Shown here: positions 26,384 to 31,780 of the stretch, piece by piece
Layout of the letters: each line of letters opens with the position of its first letter
How positions within the stretch are numbered: position 1 is the stretch's first letter
Source: Acutalibacteraceae bacterium
GTDB lineage: Bacteria; Bacillota; Clostridia; Oscillospirales; Acutalibacteraceae
Reading direction: 5' to 3'
NCBI GenBank assembly: GCA_045602865.1
Contig: JAZSCI010000017.1
Span: 1-31,780, forward strand
DNA length: 31,780 bases
The notes under the pieces: generated by a model
Database searches by the model: none
Seen by the model: the letters and a program-made list of their open reading frames with translations, nothing else
Told to the model about the DNA's origin: nothing
Made by a program: the position numbers and the translations under genes

Positions 26384-26470
26384 TACCGTTTTGCAAAAAA
26401 ATTCACTATATACACCCTTTTATGAATAATCATACTTTTGTAAACATTTACAGTCCGGAAAAATTTTTAG

Positions 26471-26499
26471 TGTACAAAAGCTTTTTTATGGTGTATAAT
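26471..26499 (+). promoter_or_regulatory. Probable sigmaA promoter of LRR-dockerin gene
   Basis: TGTACA-17 bp-TATAAT; CGGAGG SD before ATG 26541. Confidence 0.5.
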
Positions 26500-26540
26500 G
26501 TGAGCATATTGATGTTCCACCCACAAAAACGGAGGTTTCT

Positions 26541-27629
26541 ATGAAAAAAGCATTGGCAATTATTACGGTTATATCACTGCTTATAGCCACTATGCCCGTG
26601 GTGTTCGGCGCACAGTACGGTCGTTTTATGTACACAGAGAATACCGATGGCACTATAAACATCAGCCGCTACTATCCCGATGAGGCTGAAACAGGGAATA
26701 TTGTTATTCCGTCAAAAATAAACGGCAAAAAGGTTACAACAATCGGTTATCAGGCATTCAAGGAAAGAAGCATTGTGAAAACAGTGAAAATTCCCGACAC
26801 GGTTACCACCATCGGAACAGAGGCTTTCTACGGCTGCAGCAATCTTACCGAGGTAACTATAGGAGAAAATGTATCCACAATAGGCGCCTACGCCTTTAAC
26901 TCCTGCAAAGCCCTGACAGAAATAGATCTTGTAAATACAAAATACATAGGAGAAATGAGCTTCTACGGCTGCTCTTCTCTTGCCTCAGTATATTTCGGTG
27001 AGAATCTGGAATTCATACTTAAGAGTGCTTTTGCAAAATGCACCGCCCTTATTGATATTGAATTTCCTGAAACATTGAAATATATCGGCGAGTTCGCTTT
27101 CACACAATGCTCAGCTCTCCCTGCCATAATCCTTCCTGACAGGTTGGATTTCATCGGCACGAGCGCCTTCAAGGACTGCATAGCTGCAGAAAAGGTAGTT
27201 TTCGGCTCCGGTGAGCTTACAATTTCTCCCTACGCCTTTGAAAACTGCATTATGCTTACACAGGTTTACATCCCAAACAATGTTATTTCCGTGGGATTAG
27301 GTGCTTTCGAATTCAGAAACTCCAACGAAACGACAAGCTCTCATCCCGTGATTATCCGTTGTCACAAGGACTCCGCCGCATTTTCTTATGCTATAGAAAA
27401 CGGAGCCCCCGCCTATATAATCGAGCTTGATAAAACTATCGAGCACTTCGGAGATATCGATGGCAACGGAGTCACCAACAATACAGATGCCCGACTTGCT
27501 CTGCGATATGCTTCCGGTATTACCACGGTACCCAAATCCTCCGAGCTGTATCTGACAGGCGACCTGAATCAGAACGACACATTCGATCTTGAGGATGTAA
27601 AGGCTATTATGAAAATAGCGAACCTGTGA
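26541..27629 (+). CDS. Secreted BspA-type (LRR_5) leucine-rich repeat protein with C-terminal dockerin
   Basis: Signal peptide, IVIPSKINGKKVTTIG cap, repeated IG..AF..C..L..(V/I).(I/L)P units, then GDIDGNGVTNNTDARL..GDLNQNDTFDLEDV. Confidence 0.9.
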   Translation: MKKALAIITVISLLIATMPVVFGAQYGRFMYTENTDGTINISRYYPDEAETGNIVIPSKINGKKVTTIGYQAFKERSIVKTVKIPDTVTTIGTEAFYGCSNLTEVTIGENVSTIGAYAFNSCKALTEIDLVNTKYIGEMSFYGCSSLASVYFGENLEFILKSAFAKCTALIDIEFPETLKYIGEFAFTQCSALPAIILPDRLDFIGTSAFKDCIAAEKVVFGSGELTISPYAFENCIMLTQVYIPNNVISVGLGAFEFRNSNETTSSHPVIIRCHKDSAAFSYAIENGAPAYIIELDKTIEHFGDIDGNGVTNNTDARLALRYASGITTVPKSSELYLTGDLNQNDTFDLEDVKAIMKIANL

Positions 27630-28307
27630 TTATCTTGCGGTAATAAAGCCCTCAAACCCTGCTTTTTCAAGCTTTTTCAAATATTTATCGGCATTTTCTT
27701 TTGATTTGAATGCCCCTACCTGAATTGTATAAAGTGCTTCATTCTTTTCGGATGAAGCGCGTTCTTTTTCTTCAGAAGGAACTTTCACTCCGTAATAATC
27801 ACAAATACCCTTCGCAATTGCCTCACCGATTTTTCTTGTATTTCTTATAATGAAATCAGAGCCTTCCGTTGTATCGTGAAATTCACATTCACAGTAAACG
27901 GTAATCCCCTTTGCTGCTCTGCATTCATAAAATGAGGGCTTTGCAATAAGTCTCTCTGCACTCTTGCCCGGAGTAAGGGGTGACAGTCTGTCAAAAACTG
28001 CCTGCCCCACCTTTTTCCGCTCCCCGTCAACACTATAAAGAAGAATCTGTGTTCCTCCCGTAACATTGTGTTTTACAGTAGCATTTGTGTGAATTGCAAG
28101 GTGGATATCCGCACCGAAGGAATTGCTCTGTTCAACACGCTTGTACATATCCTCATCATAGGTGCATCTCACAGAAAAGCCTGCTTTCTTCAGATAATCC
28201 ACACAATATTTTGCAATCTTGTGGCATTGTTCTTTTTCGTTTGTTCCTCCCGTAGCATACACATTTGCTACCTGATTACTGGGAGAAACATATATTTTTT
28301 TACTCAA
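27630..28307 (-). CDS. N-acetylmuramoyl-L-alanine amidase (Amidase_3) with C-terminal SPOR domain; endolysin. Likely TTG start 28307
   Basis: KRVEQSN..GADIHLAIHTNA, YCECEFHD and YTIQVGAFKSKENA. AAGGAGGTG SD 10 nt before TTG 28307; no signal peptide. Confidence 0.85.
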   Translation of the reverse strand: MSKKIYVSPSNQVANVYATGGTNEKEQCHKIAKYCVDYLKKAGFSVRCTYDEDMYKRVEQSNSFGADIHLAIHTNATVKHNVTGGTQILLYSVDGERKKVGQAVFDRLSPLTPGKSAERLIAKPSFYECRAAKGITVYCECEFHDTTEGSDFIIRNTRKIGEAIAKGICDYYGVKVPSEEKERASSEKNEALYTIQVGAFKSKENADKYLKKLEKAGFEGFITAR

Positions 28308-28584
28308 AATGGGCTGACACCTCCTTTTTTCGTTCATCAAGGTCAGTACAATATGTCATAGCCCTGTCGCTATCGCTGATACCCTCTGTGGTAGGGTCCA
28401 CAACAACACCCAAAAGTGCCAGCATATTTACCCCCATACCGATTACATCAAGAAGCTCCTGTTGTTCAATGCAGGGAATAACTCCATACACAGATAAAAG
28501 TCTGTATAAAATTGATACAAGCAAGGTAGCCCCGCTGATGATAAAAGCCTTGTTATTAAGTCTTGCCCTTATATTGATTTTCAT
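28300..28584 (-). CDS. Phage holin, phi LC3 type
   Basis: MKINIRARLNNKAF, two TM segments, LLGVVVDPTTEGISDSDRAMTY; immediately upstream of the amidase. Confidence 0.88.
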   Translation of the reverse strand: MKINIRARLNNKAFIISGATLLVSILYRLLSVYGVIPCIEQQELLDVIGMGVNMLALLGVVVDPTTEGISDSDRAMTYCTDLDERKKEVSAHFE

Positions 28585-28612
28585 TCTGTTACATCACCTC
28601 AACCCAATTACT

Positions 28613-28894
28613 TTACATCAGATTCATATAATTATTTTCTATATGACCTTCAATATGTGTCACTCTTTTTTCCATACTTCCCAGCTGTTGCTTCACAGCC
28701 TTCATTTCACCCTCATTTTTATACATTCTCTCAATGAGGGAATTGTGCTTATCCTGCTTTTCCTCCAACAAATCAAGCCGATAGAGGGTTTTGCTCTGGG
28801 ATTTTGTGTTTCCGTAAATAAAGCCGGCAAGTGAAAATGCACCTGACACAAGCGCTACTATAATTGAAGAAACCGCTTCACTCACAGAAAACAC
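28613..28894 (-). CDS. Small phage protein (one TM + coiled coil) of the kind preceding holins; true start may be GTG 28885
   Basis: IIVALVSGAFSLAGFI then YRLDLLEEKQDKHNSLIERMY; position in the lysis cassette. Confidence 0.7.
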   Translation of the reverse strand: MFSVSEAVSSIIVALVSGAFSLAGFIYGNTKSQSKTLYRLDLLEEKQDKHNSLIERMYKNEGEMKAVKQQLGSMEKRVTHIEGHIENNYMNLM

Positions 28895-28921
28895 ACTCCC
28901 TTATATAATATAAACGCTTCA

Positions 28922-29890
28922 TCAGGATGACACCTCCGTTATGTCGGGGTAGTCCTCTATAGCTCTGAATTTCTCTGCAAAGGACGACCAGTTGTTTGCC
29001 ACTTTATAAGAATCAACGAGAGCTTCAGGAACATATAAATAGCCGTTACCGTTCGCAACGGGCGTACCCGAAAACGCACTCACATTATCAAGAATACACA
29101 CCTCAGATGAACGAATTATAACAGTTTCAAGGGAAGCGCACCCATCAAAGGCAGCCGCCTCAATTTTTGCAACTGCAGGAAGGTCAACCCTTGCAAGAGC
29201 TGAGGCATTCTGAAGTGCTTTTGCACCCATATTCACCAGACTGTTCAATTCAACTCCTACAAGATTCGGATTATTGGACAGAGCACCCGAATATATTCTT
29301 TCAACCGAAGGCAGGATTGCGTGTGAAAATCTGCAATTACCGAAGCTCTGAAGACCGAGACTGGTGACTTCAGGCAGATTAACCACCGTTATATTTGTAC
29401 AACCGCAGAAGGCGTATCCTCCTGTTTTTTTAATTTTCGTATCAAAAAGCACTCCTGATAAGCTTCTGTCAATAAGAGAATAATAATCTTTATTTTCTAC
29501 ATTAACATCTATCATCACCGAGGAATACACCTGATTCTCTTCCGGTGTAAGCATCATGATTCCGTTGGAGATAATACTTAGTTCTTCATCAATTTCCTCT
29601 TTTACGGGAATTGCAACATCAAGGTCGATGCGCGAAAAGGTCTTGCCTTCCTCGGGAACAAGACTATATTCGCCGTTTTTGTTTATCTCACCGGAAATGC
29701 TGACTTCTTCTTTAACGGGAACATCTACATTTACCGTAGCATGTGAGAGCACGCTGCCTGCTTCGGGGTAAATCTCATATTCACCGTTTTCTGTAACCTC
29801 CAGATGCTTCCACTCTTTTTTTGCCGAAGTATCTACTACTCCACCGCTTGCCAGACCGAGCAGATATCCGTTTTCAAATTCTGTATTCAT
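28922..29890 (-). CDS. Phage fibre-like protein: three ~37-aa repeats + BspA-type LRR
   Basis: Repeats (EVTENGEYEIYPE / EINKNGEYSLVPE / SIISNGIMMLTPE), then AF.GC..L..V.LP LRR units and a C-terminal YLYVPEALVDSYKVANNWS cap. Confidence 0.72.
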   Translation of the reverse strand: MNTEFENGYLLGLASGGVVDTSAKKEWKHLEVTENGEYEIYPEAGSVLSHATVNVDVPVKEEVSISGEINKNGEYSLVPEEGKTFSRIDLDVAIPVKEEIDEELSIISNGIMMLTPEENQVYSSVMIDVNVENKDYYSLIDRSLSGVLFDTKIKKTGGYAFCGCTNITVVNLPEVTSLGLQSFGNCRFSHAILPSVERIYSGALSNNPNLVGVELNSLVNMGAKALQNASALARVDLPAVAKIEAAAFDGCASLETVIIRSSEVCILDNVSAFSGTPVANGNGYLYVPEALVDSYKVANNWSSFAEKFRAIEDYPDITEVSS

Positions 29891-29903
29891 TTATCCGCCC
29901 TCC

Positions 29904-30947
29904 TTATTCAAAATACTTAATGACAGTATTGTTTTCGACCTCAATAATATCTCTGTCAATAGCCGCATTTGTGTAAATATATGTAGGAACACCCATTTCA
30001 ACCGGATTAAATGCCGTATCAGAAAGCTTATAATAATAAAGCTCCGATACAGGAAGCTTATCCATAACATATTCAACAGTCTTTTCCACATCATCCCAGC
30101 TATGCTGCCACTCTGTTGTTTCGGGAAATTTACTGAATGCACCGTAAGAAACACAATAACAAGGTCTGTTGAAGCTCAAAATGGAGTTTGATGCCGTATT
30201 CTGCTGATATTCACTACAGAACGCAAGACATATAGACTTGGAAGCACCCTCCTTGAAATACACAAACACATAAGGATATGCATCACGGTCAATGCCGTAA
30301 TGCTCATATAATCTGTCTGTAAGCAGAGAAAATACCGCCGTATAGATTTTTATGCCGCCCTGCGCAACCGCCGGGAAATATGCAGGTTCCGCTAAAGGAT
30401 TGTCCGTATCCTTCCAGAAGCTGAAATATCCTTCATCAGAGATAGGTCTTGTTCTTGGCTCTTTATATTGATTGCCGTTTGCAACAAACAATCTTTCGTA
30501 AGGCTCCAAGGTATTATCTCCTACGAGAAATCTTACATCTGTGTATTGAGAAGAAGGGTACATATCAGGAAAAACAACCTCTGTATCTCCTACAATTGTT
30601 TTCATCACACCGGATTCAGAAGTATCATATTCAACATCAGCAGTTATGCCGTCAAACATAAGACTTGTCATTTTACCAAAGGTAGGACTGTCCTTCCTTG
30701 TATCCTTTTCAAAGCTTATAGTATGCTCCTTCCCGTTCACATCAATCAGACGGGCTTGTGTTTCATTCTCGTTAAAAACAATTTCATCATAGCCTTTTCC
30801 GTAATCATCACTGATACCGGCAATACCCTTCATAATTTCAAGGGTTGTGGCTTTATCACTTACATAAACACCCTTTAAAGCAAGATTATCGACACCAATT
30901 CTGTTAGCATTAACCAGCTTTTCACAAAGCTTCTTTATTGATGACAT
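29904..30947 (-). CDS. Hypothetical phage protein with one possible InlB B-repeat/Flg_new-like unit
   Basis: 347 aa, TAATG coupling with the upstream gene; VRFLVGD...VANGNQYKEPRTRPISDEGYFSFW segment. Confidence 0.55.
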   Translation of the reverse strand: MSSIKKLCEKLVNANRIGVDNLALKGVYVSDKATTLEIMKGIAGISDDYGKGYDEIVFNENETQARLIDVNGKEHTISFEKDTRKDSPTFGKMTSLMFDGITADVEYDTSESGVMKTIVGDTEVVFPDMYPSSQYTDVRFLVGDNTLEPYERLFVANGNQYKEPRTRPISDEGYFSFWKDTDNPLAEPAYFPAVAQGGIKIYTAVFSLLTDRLYEHYGIDRDAYPYVFVYFKEGASKSICLAFCSEYQQNTASNSILSFNRPCYCVSYGAFSKFPETTEWQHSWDDVEKTVEYVMDKLPVSELYYYKLSDTAFNPVEMGVPTYIYTNAAIDRDIIEVENNTVIKYFE

Positions 30948-31504
30948 TAATCTTCACCTCCAACAAGCTTTGAAATCTCATCAATCCCCTCGGCAATTTC
31001 ATCCCACAAGGCTTTTACGAAATCATACACCGCTTTTGCAGAAGGGTATTCACTGTGGGTACTGTCCTCATTTACTACGGTAACAAGACCGCTCATAAAT
31101 TCAGACAGTCTCATTTCCATATATTCGCTGCAGAAGGATGCCAGAAGATGACAATATCTCTCATACTCAGAAATGTCAGGCTTCTCCTGTATCCTGGATT
31201 CTTCGGTGTAGGAGCCTTCACCAACATACACATACGCAGGAGTCGGGGAATATGTAAGCATAAGCCTGTCATTCTCCTTGCGGTATGCATACACACCGAT
31301 GCTTCTTTTACCTTTTTCAAGCATAGGAATCAGGCACATATTATTAATAACAGGAATCTGCACACCATCAAACACTGCAGTGACTGTTAAGCCCTCGAAG
31401 CTTTCAGGCAATTCAAACTCGCACATATTCACACAATATTCACCATAATTAACGGGTGTATATTCTGTAATACTTACTCTTTTTTCAGTAACTCGTATTT
31501 TCAT
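30947..31504 (-). CDS. Phage structural protein, BppU N-terminal-like
   Basis: CEFELPESFEGLTVTAVF..CLIP..IGVY pattern and STHSEYPSAKAVYD motif; GAGGTG SD. Confidence 0.5.
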   Translation of the reverse strand: MKIRVTEKRVSITEYTPVNYGEYCVNMCEFELPESFEGLTVTAVFDGVQIPVINNMCLIPMLEKGKRSIGVYAYRKENDRLMLTYSPTPAYVYVGEGSYTEESRIQEKPDISEYERYCHLLASFCSEYMEMRLSEFMSGLVTVVNEDSTHSEYPSAKAVYDFVKALWDEIAEGIDEISKLVGGED

Positions 31505-31515
31505 CGGCGCACCTC

Positions 31516-31780
31516 TTAACCATATTTCTTATACATGGCATTAAGATACTTCTGATAAGTTGAATATTTATCCATAGCAGTGGGACTGGAAAGGTACTCT
31601 GTCTCTGTCATAATACCTGTGTAGCCTGTTTTGGCACAAAACTCATCATAATTTCTCGGGGTTGAAACAGATTTATCATTATTTTTTCCACCATTACTTC
31701 CGGAGCCGGAGGATCTGCCTGATGAGCTTCTGCCCGAAGAAGATGCTGCCTGGGCTGCCTTTTCTCTGGCAAGCTCATAC
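31516..31780 (-). CDS. C-terminal part of a Ser/Gly-rich phage protein (starts outside the window; missing from ORF track)
   Basis: Manual translation: YELAREKAAQAASSSGRSSSGRSSGSGSNGGKNNDK...DKYSTYQKYLNAMYKKYG* (TAA 31516-31518), 11 nt before the next ATG. Confidence 0.75.
   Translation of the reverse strand, partial: YELAREKAAQAASSSGRSSSGRSSGSGSNGGKNNDKSVSTPRNYDEFCAKTGYTGIMTETEYLSSPTAMDKYSTYQKYLNAMYKKYG

Larger units (their letters stand above)
27630..31780 (-). mobile_element. Distal end of a phage-like morphogenesis/lysis module (prophage or domesticated phage element), cut by window end
   Basis: Co-oriented, tightly packed structural-type genes followed by a small TM/coiled-coil gene, holin and amidase. 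No integrase or att site visible. Confidence 0.8.

Noticed and set aside
28922-30947. Diversity-generating retroelement acting on the fibre genes
   Set aside because: No reverse transcriptase and no template/variable repeat pair seen in the window; cannot be excluded outside it.
86-31390. Numerous antisense or alternate-frame ORFs in the track (e.g. 86-316, 9335-9916, 10101-10745, 14541-15092, 15766-16581, 20162-20698, 28265-28834)
   Set aside because: They lie over well-supported genes, lack SD sites and recognisable motifs, and are the expected shadows of codon bias.

Overview
A 31.8-kb chromosomal segment from a low-GC Firmicute. Gene content, sigmaA promoters and 'DARL'-type dockerins suggest Clostridia, probably Oscillospiraceae-like (inference). 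Positions 1-27.6 kb are host DNA: glnA (cut by the window edge), two GPH/MelB-type MFS sugar transporters, an HdeD-like protein, a GH38 alpha-mannosidase + yfbR pair, guaB, and a two-gene unit of N-acetylneuraminate lyase plus a stand-alone E2-type acyltransferase catalytic domain. These are followed by a 601-aa membrane-anchored unknown, rny-ymdB plus an orphan family-5 solute-binding lipoprotein, a putative cell-wall remodelling cluster (membrane protein, GHL10, dockerin-GH73 autolysin), a polar amino-acid ABC transporter and a BspA-LRR-dockerin protein. From 27630 to the window end is the distal end of a phage-like module (structural-type genes, LRR fibre-like gene, holin, amidase) that abuts a dockerin gene with zero intergenic bases. 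The best leads are the NanA + lipoyl-less E2 acyltransferase pair, two same-type dockerins on non-cellulolytic proteins, a five-copy ~23-bp periodic TCACAA array upstream of a promoter, a ~265-nt rny leader ending in a terminator, and the possibly domesticated phage module. All family assignments come from motif recognition by eye; no database searches were run.
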